A DNA stretch of 64,000 bases, taken from the NCBI GenBank assembly GCA_050115915.1, contig JASFPP010000001.1:3116-67115 (forward strand), read 5' to 3'. Positions 25,749 through 37,804 of this stretch are shown here, piece after piece (the first letter of the stretch is position 1; each line of letters starts with the position of its first letter). This stretch comes from Candidatus Aminicenantes bacterium (lineage in GTDB: Bacteria > Acidobacteriota > Aminicenantia > Aminicenantales > Aminicenantaceae). Position numbers and translations under genes: made by a program. Below the pieces are notes generated by a model. That model was not told the DNA's origin. It searched no databases and saw only the letters and a program-made list of their open reading frames with translations.

Positions 25749-26228
25749 ATGTCTGAAAAAAAGATATTAATCGTAGATTACGACGCAAAGAACCTCGAGC
25801 ACATGACAGAGCTTTTTGTCCCGCATAATCTTACTGTCGTCACTGCGAATGATGGACAGATGGCCTACGAGAAGTACCAGGAGGAGAAACCCGATCTGAT
25901 CGTACTCGAGGCCATGTTGCCCAAGCTCCACGGTTTTGATTTGACGCAAAAGATTCATAGCGAAACTAAGGGAAGCGTTCCCATCGTCATAGTGACGGGG
26001 CTTTACAAAGGGGCCCAATACAAGAATGAGGCGCTGCGGTCATTCGGCGCTGCGGACTATTTTGAAAAACCCTTCGATGACAACCAACTGGTCAGTTCTG
26101 TCATGAATCTCTTATCCGATGAGATCGATATCGAAGAGGACCTTCCGGACCCTGACACGGTCCTTTCCTATCTTTCTCAGATGTCCAAAAAAACCGCTTC
26201 TCCTTCAAAAGAGGAAAAAATCTCTTAA
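25749..26228 (+). CDS. stand-alone CheY-like receiver domain protein with Glu at the phospho-acceptor position
   Basis: Receiver fold markers: acidic pair VDYD near the N-terminus, T in IVIVTG, K in FEKPF. The expected phospho-Asp is replaced by Glu in PDLIVLEAMLP. There is no output domain; the C-terminal 40 aa are acidic and low-complexity. Confidence 0.8.
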   Translation: MSEKKILIVDYDAKNLEHMTELFVPHNLTVVTANDGQMAYEKYQEEKPDLIVLEAMLPKLHGFDLTQKIHSETKGSVPIVIVTGLYKGAQYKNEALRSFGAADYFEKPFDDNQLVSSVMNLLSDEIDIEEDLPDPDTVLSYLSQMSKKTASPSKEEKIS

Positions 26229-26251
26229 AACCTCAATCATTCAAAAGGAAT

Positions 26252-27061
26252 ATGGATAATCCAGATAAAATGGCGAACCTGTGGACGCGTTGCAACAGTT
26301 GCCGTCGCATTCTCTATAAACAAGATATCCTGGACAACCTCTATGTCTGCCCTGAGTGCTTTTTCCATTTTCGCATGTCTGCGAAAGACCGCCTATCCAT
26401 ACTCTTTGATGAAGGAAGATATGAACTTTTCGATGAAGCCATCTCTCCAGAGGATCCTTTGAATTTCAAAGATCAGAAAGCCTATTCCAGCCGTCTTAAA
26501 GAGAACAAGGGAAAGACCTCGCTTCCCGATGCTGTGCTCAATGCCATCGGAACCATGGATGGCCTGAGTGTCGTTGTTTCAGCCATGGAGTTTTCCTTCA
26601 TGGGTGGGAGCATGGGATCTGTTGTGGGAGAGAAGATCACACGCGCGTTCGAGAAGGCTCTCTCGGAAAAGATTCCTGTTATCGTTATTTCCTGTTCAGG
26701 GGGGGCAAGGATGCAGGAGGGCGTTCTCTCCCTCATGCAGCTCATGAAAACAAGCGCAGCGGTCGCCAGACTCGATGATGCGGGGATTCCGTACATCTCT
26801 GTAATGACAGATCCCACAACGGGTGGAGTTACGGCGAGCTTCGCCATGCTGGGCGATATCAACATCGCAGAGCCAGATGCTCTCATCGGCTTTGCAGGGC
26901 CCCGAGTTATAGAGCAGACAATCAAGGAGAAATTGCCAAGGGACTTTCAACGCTCTGAATTCTTGCTCAGCCACGGCATGCTCGATGAAGTTGTTAAGCG
27001 CCTCCACCTGCGAGACTATCTCATCCGGGCGCTCAGGCTTTTCCTCGACAAACCTCAATGA
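26252..27061 (+). CDS. accD: acetyl-CoA carboxylase carboxyltransferase subunit beta
   Basis: N-terminal Zn ribbon CNSCRRILYKQDI...CPECFFHF and carboxyltransferase core; 4-nt overlap with folC as in the canonical accD-folC operon. Confidence 0.92.
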   Translation: MDNPDKMANLWTRCNSCRRILYKQDILDNLYVCPECFFHFRMSAKDRLSILFDEGRYELFDEAISPEDPLNFKDQKAYSSRLKENKGKTSLPDAVLNAIGTMDGLSVVVSAMEFSFMGGSMGSVVGEKITRAFEKALSEKIPVIVISCSGGARMQEGVLSLMQLMKTSAAVARLDDAGIPYISVMTDPTTGGVTASFAMLGDINIAEPDALIGFAGPRVIEQTIKEKLPRDFQRSEFLLSHGMLDEVVKRLHLRDYLIRALRLFLDKPQ

Positions 27062-28377
27062 ATTATGAGCAATGCCTCGTTTATCTGGACCAGATACAGA
27101 ACCTGGGCATAAAATTCGGGCTGGATAATGTTCAAACGATCCTGTCCGCCTTGAACAATCCCCAGAATCATTATCCTTCGGTTCACGTGGCCGGGACCAA
27201 CGGAAAAGGCTCGGTGTGTGCCATGCTGAGTTTTATCCTCATGGAACACGGCCTCCGTCCTGGACTCTTTACTTCCCCCCATCTTGTGACTGTGCGGGAG
27301 CGCATCCAGATAGCAGGAGAGCCCATCTCCAAAGAGGATTTTAGCCGGCTTCTTACCGTCCTTAGGGATGTGATCGAAGAGCTTATCGCCTCGCAGGTGC
27401 TGTTGGCCCCACCTACATATTTCGAGATGTTGAGCTGCCTGGCCTTTCTGTATTTTGCCGAAGTGCAGACAGATATCGCCATATTGGAAGTGGGGATGGG
27501 AGGGCGGTTCGACGCCACGAACGTTGTTGTACCCGTAGTTGCGGCTATTACCACCATCTCTCCCGAGCATCAGAAGTTTCTCGGTGAGACTCCAAGCGAG
27601 ATCGCTTCGGAAAAGGCCGGGATCATCAAGCCCGGCGTCCCTCTGGTATGTGGAGTCGAAGAGAAGGACGCGTATAAAACCATAAAGAATAAGGCGAAGG
27701 AACAGAATGCTCCTTTCCATCCGGTGTTTGCCAAAGACAAAGATCTAAAGAAGACAAAAACCGGCCGGAACTTCCGGTTTGTGTACAGATCGGGGCGAGA
27801 GGAATACGCGTTCGCGCCCTCTATGCTCGGAGAACACCAGGGAAAAAATGGGGCCATCGCCATTGCTGTGGCGCATAGACTATCCAAAGATTGGAGGCCA
27901 TTGGAAAGATCGCGGATTATCCGGGGAATCGATGCGGCCTATTGGCCTGGTCGTCTTGAGGTTGTATCCGATAGACCTCTTGTCCTTGTCGATGGCGCAC
28001 ACAATGAGGAGGGAGCGAAGGCTCTGAAAGCTTACGTCCAGGAGTTCATCTCTTTACCCTGCGTGCTTGTCTTCGCGGTCATGAGAGATAAGGACATCGC
28101 TAAACTGTCCGAGATTCTCTTTCCCCTGGCTGACAAGGTGATTTGCACCAGGTTTCCTTACTTCAAGGCCGCTTCACCCGAAGATATCCAAAAACAGGCC
28201 TCTCGATTTGAAGGCCGGATTGTTGTCGAACCGGATGTGGAGAAGGCAGTCAGGGCCGCTCTTCAAGCCGCAAAATCCGAGGGCACTGTCCTTGTGGCGG
28301 GATCCCTCTTTCTCGTCGGCGAGATCAAGAGAATATTTGCAGGCCATGCGGACATTTCCCAATCAGTGCTGTCATAG
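27058..28377 (+). CDS. folC: bifunctional folylpolyglutamate synthase / dihydrofolate synthase
   Basis: Mur-ligase P-loop VHVAGTNGKGSV, 439 aa. Confidence 0.9.
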   Translation: MNYEQCLVYLDQIQNLGIKFGLDNVQTILSALNNPQNHYPSVHVAGTNGKGSVCAMLSFILMEHGLRPGLFTSPHLVTVRERIQIAGEPISKEDFSRLLTVLRDVIEELIASQVLLAPPTYFEMLSCLAFLYFAEVQTDIAILEVGMGGRFDATNVVVPVVAAITTISPEHQKFLGETPSEIASEKAGIIKPGVPLVCGVEEKDAYKTIKNKAKEQNAPFHPVFAKDKDLKKTKTGRNFRFVYRSGREEYAFAPSMLGEHQGKNGAIAIAVAHRLSKDWRPLERSRIIRGIDAAYWPGRLEVVSDRPLVLVDGAHNEEGAKALKAYVQEFISLPCVLVFAVMRDKDIAKLSEILFPLADKVICTRFPYFKAASPEDIQKQASRFEGRIVVEPDVEKAVRAALQAAKSEGTVLVAGSLFLVGEIKRIFAGHADISQSVLS

Positions 28378-28597
28378 ATCCATGCACGCGGTACGGGATG
28401 TCCTCATTGTTTAATGGAGAAAACCGTTTGAAGGGATAAACGGGCGCGTGGCGTCGCCCATGGGAGGTGCCCCATGTTTGAAGGAAGTTACTTCGCAGGG
28501 GAAAGGGATCGGAATTTCGTTTTCGATATCATACTACAGGGGCACTTGAGATAACCGTGGATCTGATTTGGTTTTGCGAGGGACTTTGGAAGTTGGG

Positions 28598-28626
28598 TTG
28601 CATTTTAGTGTGATAAGTGTTAAATT
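28598..28626 (+). promoter_or_regulatory. candidate sigma70 promoter of the atpF'-atpC operon
   Basis: TTGCAT, 17-nt spacer, TAAATT (28621..28626), 40 nt upstream of the atpF' ATG. Confidence 0.4.
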
Positions 28627-28666
28627 TTCCTCTAATTTTAGCGTCAGATTTGTGTGAAATTTTGCT

Positions 28667-29083
28667 ATGTTAACTGTAGATGCAACTCTCCTCATCGTGT
28701 TCTTCATCGTATGGATCCTTCTATTTGTTTTGAAGAGGATTTTTTTCAAACCTCTAAAGGATATCATGGCCAGGCGGGATAAGACCATTGCGAACAATCT
28801 TCGAGCGGGAGAAGAGGCGAAGACCCGGTATGAGGCAAGTATCGCTAAGATCGAAGAAGACTTGAAAGCTGCACGTCTCCGAGCCAAGGAAACCCAGGAG
28901 AAGTTCACAGCAGATGCTCTGCGCGAAAAGGAGAGGATGCTGTCCGCAGTAGGGCAGGAATGTCGGGCGAGGGTCAATGAAGCCAAGGAGCAGCTGGAAC
29001 AGAAGGTGGATGAACTCAAGGAGGACCTGGCTGCCGAAAGCGGAGTGCTCTCTGAGAAGATCGAAAAGAGGCTGCTCAACTGA
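28667..29083 (+). CDS. atpF: F0F1 ATP synthase subunit b' (second b-type stalk subunit)
   Basis: Single N-terminal TM helix then long charged coiled coil (ARRDKTIANNLRAGEEAKTRYEA...), 138 aa. Confidence 0.8.
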   Translation: MLTVDATLLIVFFIVWILLFVLKRIFFKPLKDIMARRDKTIANNLRAGEEAKTRYEASIAKIEEDLKAARLRAKETQEKFTADALREKERMLSAVGQECRARVNEAKEQLEQKVDELKEDLAAESGVLSEKIEKRLLN

Positions 29084-29664
29084 TGAAACGCAAAGTCCCT
29101 TTTGTCCTTATAATTATTGTGCTTCCCTTTTTCCTCTTCATGTCCGTCGAAGAGGAACATCATGGATCCGATCCCATGGCCTTTATAGCCAAGGTGTTCA
29201 ATTTCCTTATCCTCTTCGGAGGGCTGGCTTACCTGTTGCGCAAGCCGATCCAGCGTTTCTTGGCCGAACGAGCGGTCGAGATCGATACAACCATAAAAGA
29301 TGCTGAGGAACTGCGGCATGGCGCCGAAACTGATTTGGAAAAAGCCGAGAGGCGGCTGAGCGAATTGAGTCGAGAGATCGAGGAGCTCAGGAAAAAAGCT
29401 GTCCTGGACGGGGAGAGAGAAAAGGAGCGAATAATCCGCGCAGCTCGTGAGGAGGGAGAGAGGATGAAGGGGACTGCAGAGCAGGAGATCGAAATGATCT
29501 CCAGGGCCGGGATCAAGGGGCTTAAGGAATACGCTGTGTCTCTTGCCGCCGCTGAGGCTTTGAACAGGATCCAGGCTCAACTCTCTCCCGAAAAACACAC
29601 GCAGCTCATCGACGACTCCATCGAAAGGTTAGAGGATCTGTATGAAACATCGCGTTCTCGTTAA
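29083..29664 (+). CDS. atpF: F0F1 ATP synthase subunit b
   Basis: TM helix plus coiled-coil stalk (AERAVEIDTTIKDAEELRHGAE...), 193 aa, follows b'. Confidence 0.8.
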   Translation: MKRKVPFVLIIIVLPFFLFMSVEEEHHGSDPMAFIAKVFNFLILFGGLAYLLRKPIQRFLAERAVEIDTTIKDAEELRHGAETDLEKAERRLSELSREIEELRKKAVLDGEREKERIIRAAREEGERMKGTAEQEIEMISRAGIKGLKEYAVSLAAAEALNRIQAQLSPEKHTQLIDDSIERLEDLYETSRSR

Positions 29665-30184
29665 AAGGTATTCTCAGGGCCTCATAAGCGCTATCGGGGA
29701 TGAGGAGGAGTTCGCCGCAATCCACGGGGAGCTCCGTCACTTCTTGGGTCTACTCGAGTCTCGTGAAAAACTGAAAGAGGTCCTCCAGAGCCCTTTTCTG
29801 CCGTTGACAAAAAAGAAAGATTTGATAGATGAACTCCTGAGAACTTTGTCCTACAGTCCCAAAACGGCTCGTTTCATCGGTGTGTGTGTGGAGAATGATC
29901 GTTTGGAGTTCTTTGCTGATATTCTGGATTATTTACCGGAGCACTGGAATGAAGAAAAGGGCGTGTCCACATTCGAGGTGTCCTCTGTTGTTCCTTTGAG
30001 CGATAGCCAGAAGGAGAGGCTTCAGAAAAAATTGGAGCAGCTCGAACAAAAGCCCGTGTTTCTAAAGTTCCAAACCGATCCAGATCTGGTCGGGGGGCTC
30101 TCGATAAGACGGGGTAACCTCGTCTATGACATCTCTATCCGGGGAAACTTAGACAGGCTTAAAGAAAATATCATTGAAGGGTGA
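29642..30184 (+). CDS. atpH: F0F1 ATP synthase subunit delta (OSCP)
   Basis: 180 aa, position between b and alpha, OSCP-like helical N-domain. Confidence 0.8.
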   Translation: MKHRVLVKRYSQGLISAIGDEEEFAAIHGELRHFLGLLESREKLKEVLQSPFLPLTKKKDLIDELLRTLSYSPKTARFIGVCVENDRLEFFADILDYLPEHWNEEKGVSTFEVSSVVPLSDSQKERLQKKLEQLEQKPVFLKFQTDPDLVGGLSIRRGNLVYDISIRGNLDRLKENIIEG

Positions 30185-30190
30185 GGCGAA

Positions 30191-31711
30191 ATGGATTTAA
30201 AAGCCGACGAAATATCAAAAATCATACAACGCCAGATCGAGGGTTATGAAACAGGTGTAGATATCAAAGAGGTGGGTACGGTCACTTCTGTAGGGGACGG
30301 TATTGCCAACGTTTATGGACTGGACCACGTGATGTATAACGAACTTTTGGAATTCCCGAACGATGTCTATGGCCTTGCGCTCAACTTGGAGGAAGAGAAT
30401 GTGGGAGCGGTCCTTCTGGGAGAAAGCCATCTCATCAAGGAGGGCGATCTTGTCAAGAGAACGCACAGAATCATGCAAGTGCCCTCGGGGCCTGCTCTTG
30501 TTGGCCGTGTTGTCAATCCTCTGGGGATCCCCCTCGATGAAAAAGGCCCGATTCAGAGCGATGTCAATATGGTTGTCGAGCGTCTTGCTCCTGGAGTTGT
30601 CGAACGCCTTCCCGTTAAGGAACCCCTGCAGACAGGGATCAAAGCGATAGACAGTATGATCCCGATCGGGCGAGGACAGAGGGAGCTGATCATCGGGGAC
30701 CGTCAGACCGGAAAAACAGCGATCGCCATCGATACCATCATCAACCAAAAGGGAAAAGACGTCGTCTGTATATATGTCGCCATCGGGCAAAAAAACTCGA
30801 CCATTGCTTACATTATCAAGGTGCTCGAGGACTACGGAGCCATGGATTATTCGATCATCGTGGCTGCCGCGGCCAGCGATCCTTCCCCGCTTCAGTATCT
30901 GGCCCCCTACAGCGGTTGCGCCATGGGCGAATATTTTCGAGATAACGGGCAGCATTCGCTTCTTGTCTATGACGACCTCTCTAAGCATGCCGCCGCCTAC
31001 AGGGAGATCTCACTCCTCTTGCGGCGCCCTCCCGGGCGAGAGGCGTATCCCGGAGATGTGTTCTATCTTCATTCGCGGCTGCTGGAGAGAGCGGCCAAGC
31101 TCAACGAACAGAACGGCGAGGGATCGCTCACAGCGCTCCCCATCATCGAAACGCAGGCTGGAGATGTCTCGGGTTATATTCCGACAAATGTGATATCCAT
31201 CACCGACGGACAGATCTACCTCGAGCCCGAATTGTTCAATGCCGGCATCAGGCCAGCCATCAATGTGGGGATATCCGTTTCCAGGGTGGGTGGCAATGCG
31301 CAGATCAAAGCGATGAAACAGGTGGCAGGAAAGCTGCGTTTGGACCTGGCCCAATACAGAGAGCTCGTCACTTTTGCACAGTTCGGCACCGAATTGGATA
31401 AGTCGAGCCAAGCGCAGCTCGATAGAGGAGAAAGATTGACAGAGATCTTAAAGCAGGACCAGTACGTTCCCCTGGATGTCGTCAAGCAGATCTTGATCAT
31501 TTTTGCAGGGAATAGAGGTTATCTGGATGAATTCGGAGTTTCCCAGCTCCGTCTTTATGAAAGCAAACTTTACGATTATTTTAACGAAAATTATCCCGAT
31601 CTGCTGCGGAAAATCAAAGAGACAAGGGCTATTGATGCTGACGCGGACGAAGCTCTCAGTTCGGCCTTCGAGGAATTCAACAAGACGTTCAAGGAAGATG
31701 GAGGAGAATAG
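30191..31711 (+). CDS. atpA: F0F1 ATP synthase subunit alpha
   Basis: Walker [18 protein letters not shown] and DDLSKHA signature blocks; 506 aa. Confidence 0.95.
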   Translation: MDLKADEISKIIQRQIEGYETGVDIKEVGTVTSVGDGIANVYGLDHVMYNELLEFPNDVYGLALNLEEENVGAVLLGESHLIKEGDLVKRTHRIMQVPSGPALVGRVVNPLGIPLDEKGPIQSDVNMVVERLAPGVVERLPVKEPLQTGIKAIDSMIPIGRGQRELIIGDRQTGKTAIAIDTIINQKGKDVVCIYVAIGQKNSTIAYIIKVLEDYGAMDYSIIVAAAASDPSPLQYLAPYSGCAMGEYFRDNGQHSLLVYDDLSKHAAAYREISLLLRRPPGREAYPGDVFYLHSRLLERAAKLNEQNGEGSLTALPIIETQAGDVSGYIPTNVISITDGQIYLEPELFNAGIRPAINVGISVSRVGGNAQIKAMKQVAGKLRLDLAQYRELVTFAQFGTELDKSSQAQLDRGERLTEILKQDQYVPLDVVKQILIIFAGNRGYLDEFGVSQLRLYESKLYDYFNENYPDLLRKIKETRAIDADADEALSSAFEEFNKTFKEDGGE

Positions 31712-32605
31712 ATGCCGGCTCTGATAGACCTGCGGAAGCGTATCAAAAGCGTGCGCAACACGCAACAGATAACGCAGGCCATGAAAACGGTGTCCACCGT
31801 CAAGTTCCAGAAGGCACAGCGGATCGTCTTGGAGTCGAGGCCCATGTGGCACGACTTCCCTGATCTTGTCTCCAGCGCTGCGCTCTGGGCGCCTTCCACC
31901 GCTCATCCTCTGCTCTCTCGAAGGGAAGAAAAGAAAGTCGTGGGGCTCGTTATCACATCGGACAAAGGATTGGCCGGTGCCTTCAACGCCAATCTTTTAG
32001 AGAAGGCCTCATCCTTTTTCGCAGAGAAGGCAAGGACGAGTGAGGTCCAACTTATACTCGTCGGTAAAAAAGCCGTCGATTTTTTTAAAAAGTCCGCGTA
32101 CCGAGTGCTCCGATCCTATTTCGGACAAGTTCATAAAACCACAGCCGAGGATTGCCGCACATTGGCTCGGTATCTCACTGATCTTTACACGCTGAATAAG
32201 ACCGATACGATTTACGTGGCCTATAATGAATTTAAATCCATCCTCGCTCCCCGTGTGGTTATCACAAAATTACTTCCTGTTGAGTTTTCAGGGGAGGATC
32301 AAAGATCAGAAGATACAGGAGGAGATACAAGTCCATCGGGACAGCGTCCGGATTGGGATCCCTCAGCACTCATGCTGGTCCAAACGCTCCTCCTCCACCA
32401 TGTGGAGAACCAAATGGTCCATTTTTTCTTCGAATCGCAAGCCGCCGAGCACGCAGCAAGGATGATGGCCATGGATAATGCCACAAAAAATGCGGAGGAG
32501 CTGATCGAAGATCTCACACTGGTGTTGAATAAAATCAGGCAGGCATCGATCACAAAAGAGCTTCTGGAGATCATGTCTGCTGTTGAAGCCTTAGCGAAGA
32601 AATAG
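31712..32605 (+). CDS. atpG: F0F1 ATP synthase subunit gamma
   Basis: N-terminal RIKSVRNTQQITQAMKTVSTVKFQKAQ and C-terminal helix ITKELLEIMSAVEAL are characteristic gamma termini. Confidence 0.92.
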   Translation: MPALIDLRKRIKSVRNTQQITQAMKTVSTVKFQKAQRIVLESRPMWHDFPDLVSSAALWAPSTAHPLLSRREEKKVVGLVITSDKGLAGAFNANLLEKASSFFAEKARTSEVQLILVGKKAVDFFKKSAYRVLRSYFGQVHKTTAEDCRTLARYLTDLYTLNKTDTIYVAYNEFKSILAPRVVITKLLPVEFSGEDQRSEDTGGDTSPSGQRPDWDPSALMLVQTLLLHHVENQMVHFFFESQAAEHAARMMAMDNATKNAEELIEDLTLVLNKIRQASITKELLEIMSAVEALAKK

Positions 32606-34471
<1,866 letters not shown>

Positions 34472-34485
<14 letters not shown>

Positions 34486-35224
34486 CCAACTAAAGGGTGA
34501 AGACGAAACTCTTGATACCTTCTACCATGGACGCATCCGTGTCTTTCAGAAAAAGAAGGGATACCGGTTTTCCATCGATGCACCTCTTCTCGCAGACTTT
34601 ATCCAGACAAAGGAAACGGACAGAATCCTGGAATTGGGGACAGGAAACGGGATTGTATCGCTGCTCTTGAGTATCAAGCCTTTCTCAAGCTTGACAGCTG
34701 TGGAGATCCAAGCATCTTTGGCAGATCTAGCCAGAAGGAATGTCAGACTCAACAACTGTGAAGACAGGATCCATGTTATCCACACCGATCTCCGTGTTTT
34801 TTCTGAGAGAGAGAAATATGATGTGGTGTTTTCCAATCCGCCTTACATAAAACGAAACACAGGGCACTTGAGCGAATCGGACGAGAAGTCCGTGGCAAAA
34901 CATGAGTTAAAATGCACTATTTCTGATATAATGCAGAAAACTGAAGAATTATTGGCAACGCAGGGAGTGGCTTATTATATCTATCCTGCAACGAGAGAAA
35001 AGGATTTTATGCGAACGATGGAAGAGATGCAGTTGAGGATTCGGAACATCCGCTATGTCTATCCCCAAAAAGGCAGCGCTCCCAATTTTTTTCTTGTGAG
35101 CATGGACTTTGACTCTCTGGGGGCCCAAAAGCTGCGCCCGCTTATCCTGTATGAAAAAAAAGGCGATTACACCGCTGAAGCGCAGGAAATATTCACGGGA
35201 AGGATCCATGATCCGGCTGATTAA
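34472..35224 (+). CDS. N6-adenine-specific methyltransferase, TrmN6/YfiC-like (tRNA m6A37 methyltransferase family)
   Basis: Motif I ILELGTGNGIV and the N6-MTase catalytic tetrad NPPY (VFSNPPY). Start taken at the second Met to limit overlap with atpC (track start 34448). Confidence 0.7.
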
Positions 35225-36029
35225 GAACCTGGTGAGCCTGTACAAGTACAGGGTTCTCATCCAAAACCTCGTGAGCCGCGAATTGAAAGCCCGCTATCGG
35301 GGAACGGTGTTGGGATTCTTTTGGTCTTTTTTTAATCCGTTCCTTTTGCTCGTCGTCTACACGGTTGTGTTCGGTTTTATCATCATGCCCAGAGATCCTG
35401 CTTTCGAGGGCTCGCCCTGGTTGTATGCGCTCTTCCTCTTCTGTGGGTTGCTCCCCTGGCAAGTCTGGTTCGTTGCCTCGTCCCTCGAATCGGCAAATGT
35501 GCTGATCATACAGGGAAATCTGATAAAGAAGATTCTGTTCCCTGTGGAGATCCTCCCTGTCGTTGTGGTCTCGAGCAATTTTATTCATTTCCTCTTCGGC
35601 CTTCCCATCCTGCTCATTTTTGTTCCGATCCTGGGCGGACACTATTCGCCCTATCTCCTCCTCTTGCCGGTTGTCGTTTTAGTCCATTTTGTATTCACAC
35701 TGGGATTCAGTTTTCTCGTCTCCTCCTTAACAGTGCACTTTAGGGATATCAGGGATATCCTTGCAAATCTCTTGACCTTCTGGTTTTTTGCGACACCCAT
35801 CATCTATCCCATGACCTTTTCAACTGTCCAGGAATCCTCTGTTCTTAAAAATCTCCTCAACCTGAACCCCATGACACACATCATGCAGGGATATCAATAC
35901 TGTGTGTTTTATGGGGATCTTTTTCACTGGAAACGCTTGGGCGTCACCTTTATCGTATCGCTCATTCTGCTGTTCGTCGGATACTCTATCTTTGACAGGC
36001 TGCGGGATTCTTTTCCCGAGGAGGTATAG
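35208..36029 (+). CDS. ABC-2 type polysaccharide exporter permease (Wzm/TagG/KpsM-like)
   Basis: YRVLIQNLVSRELKARYRGTVLGFFWSFFNPFLLL signature of ABC-2 permeases, 6 TM helices. Start at the Met with a GGAAGGA Shine-Dalgarno (track start 35109 overlaps the upstream gene). Confidence 0.8.
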   Translation: MIRLIKNLVSLYKYRVLIQNLVSRELKARYRGTVLGFFWSFFNPFLLLVVYTVVFGFIIMPRDPAFEGSPWLYALFLFCGLLPWQVWFVASSLESANVLIIQGNLIKKILFPVEILPVVVVSSNFIHFLFGLPILLIFVPILGGHYSPYLLLLPVVVLVHFVFTLGFSFLVSSLTVHFRDIRDILANLLTFWFFATPIIYPMTFSTVQESSVLKNLLNLNPMTHIMQGYQYCVFYGDLFHWKRLGVTFIVSLILLFVGYSIFDRLRDSFPEEV

Positions 36030-37310
36030 TTGGTTGCCATAGATGTGGATCATGTGACACGCATATATCAGAAGTACTCTGCCCAGCACCGCTTCAAAAC
36101 CTTCAAGAGTGCGATCGTCAAGGGGGATTTTTTCAAGTCCCTCCGACCGGATGAACTCGTCACAGCATTGGATAATGTAAGTTTTCAAGTCGAAAAAGGC
36201 ACCACGTTCGGCGTGATCGGAGAGAATGGCTCGGGGAAGAGCACTCTGCTCAAGGTGATCACCGGAATCGCCAAGCCCACATCCGGCTCTGTGAGTGTCG
36301 ATGGAAAAGTCTCTGCACTCATCGAGCTAGGGGCGGGTTTTCATCCGGAGATCTCAGGGCGGGAGAACATCTTTATAAACGGCATCATGTTGGGTCTTTC
36401 CAAAAAAGAGATCACGGAAAAATTCGACGACATAGTCCGGTTTGCAGAGCTCGAAGAATTCATCGATGCCCCCGTCAAAACATATTCGTCAGGAATGCAT
36501 ATGCGCCTCGGATTTTCCGTCGCCATCAACGTTAATCCCGATATTTTGCTCATCGATGAGGTCCTGGCTGTAGGGGATGCCTCTTTTGTGCCCAAGTGTT
36601 TGGATCGGATCGATGATTTCCGCAGGAGGAAGAAAACCATCCTTTTCGTCAGTCATGATCTATCTACGGTCGAAAAGATTTGCGATCGAGTCGTCTGGTT
36701 AAAGCACGGGAAGATCCAGACGATGGGGGAGCCCAAGCGGGTTGTGGATGCCTATCTCCAGGATGTTGCTGAAAAGCAGGAAGAGGAATTCGAGAGGCGC
36801 CAGCAGGAGGTCGAGGTCGAAGAGAGTTTCGCGGAGGAGCGGAGGGAAAACCGCTGGGGCAAAAGAGAGATCGAGATCAAAAAAGTGAGGCTGAAGGATC
36901 TGGATGGCACCGAGAAACATGTTTATTCCCCTGATGAGGGAATGATTATAGAGATGGATGTCATGGCCTATTCTCGGATCGAGGATTTTGTGTTCGGGAT
37001 CGGAATATACAATCCGAAGGGCATCAGTTGTTACGGGACAAACACACATCTGGAAGAGTTTATACCGCAGATCATCGAAGGGGAGGGCCGCGTCAGCTTT
37101 CGGATAGAAAGGCTCGGCCTCATCAACGGGACCTACTATTTGGATGTAGCCGCGCATAAAAAAGATGGCTACCCCTACGATTATCACCGCAATCTGTATT
37201 CATTCATGATCTCCTCTACCAAAAAGGATGTGGGGATCCTGCGGCCGGAACATTCCTGGGAGTTCTCCTCCAGGATCAAGATCAAGCCCCCCACCGAAAA
37301 GGGAGAGTGA
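36030..37310 (+). CDS. polysaccharide ABC exporter ATP-binding protein (Wzt-like) with C-terminal glycan-binding-type extension
   Basis: Walker A GENGSGKST, ABC signature YSSGMHMRLGFS, Walker B ILLIDEVLAVGD. A ~170-aa C-terminal beta-rich extension follows, as in Wzt O-antigen-terminus-binding domains. Confidence 0.85.
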   Translation: MVAIDVDHVTRIYQKYSAQHRFKTFKSAIVKGDFFKSLRPDELVTALDNVSFQVEKGTTFGVIGENGSGKSTLLKVITGIAKPTSGSVSVDGKVSALIELGAGFHPEISGRENIFINGIMLGLSKKEITEKFDDIVRFAELEEFIDAPVKTYSSGMHMRLGFSVAINVNPDILLIDEVLAVGDASFVPKCLDRIDDFRRRKKTILFVSHDLSTVEKICDRVVWLKHGKIQTMGEPKRVVDAYLQDVAEKQEEEFERRQQEVEVEESFAEERRENRWGKREIEIKKVRLKDLDGTEKHVYSPDEGMIIEMDVMAYSRIEDFVFGIGIYNPKGISCYGTNTHLEEFIPQIIEGEGRVSFRIERLGLINGTYYLDVAAHKKDGYPYDYHRNLYSFMISSTKKDVGILRPEHSWEFSSRIKIKPPTEKGE

Positions 37311-37400
37311 TCAAATTCGAAACAGGAATATTTGCGATGGAGTACGGAAAAATGTTGCAATCGTGCGGGGTATTTGTATAATGTTCGCCAGGAGTTTGTA

Positions 37401-37724
37401 ATGGCCACCAAGAACAAGAAACATGGACGGGAAGCCCATTCGCGGACAGTTGCCAAAGCGATCAGCTGGCGGATCATCGCCACTCTAACGACGATGACGG
37501 CAGTGTATATTTTTACAGGAGAGTGGTTGATCACCATAGGTGTGGGCGTCGTAGAAGTGATCGCGAAGATCACATTTTACTATCTTCATGAAAGGGTGTG
37601 GCACAAAATTTCCTGGGGAAAAGAAAAACATCCCCTCTCTACCATTCCGGTCAAAGGGGAGATCACGCCCGATGACATGGATAAAATCAGGGATCAACTC
37701 CGCGAACTGGGTTACCTTGACTGA
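37401..37724 (+). CDS. DUF2061-family small membrane protein with hydrophilic C-terminal tail
   Basis: KAISWRIIATLTTMTAVYIFTGEW..GVGVVEVIAKITFYYLHERVW matches the DUF2061 two-helix core. Start at the Met with an upstream AGGAG (track ORF begins 37332). Confidence 0.6.
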   Translation: MATKNKKHGREAHSRTVAKAISWRIIATLTTMTAVYIFTGEWLITIGVGVVEVIAKITFYYLHERVWHKISWGKEKHPLSTIPVKGEITPDDMDKIRDQLRELGYLD

Positions 37725-37804
37725 GATAAAACCAGACTCTTATCAATCATTTCTGGACTTGGCTGAGGGATGAACCGCTAAAGGGAACAAAACTTCTATC
37801 CAAT

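Noticed and set aside
28534-29598. 354-aa ORF antisense to atpF'/atpF and the atp promoter region
   Set aside because: Ser/Leu-rich low-complexity translation opposite the coiled-coil-coding b-subunit genes. The ATP synthase genes are clearly the real features.
30215-30988. 257-aa ORF antisense to atpA
   Set aside because: atpA has canonical Walker motifs. The antisense ORF is a shadow.
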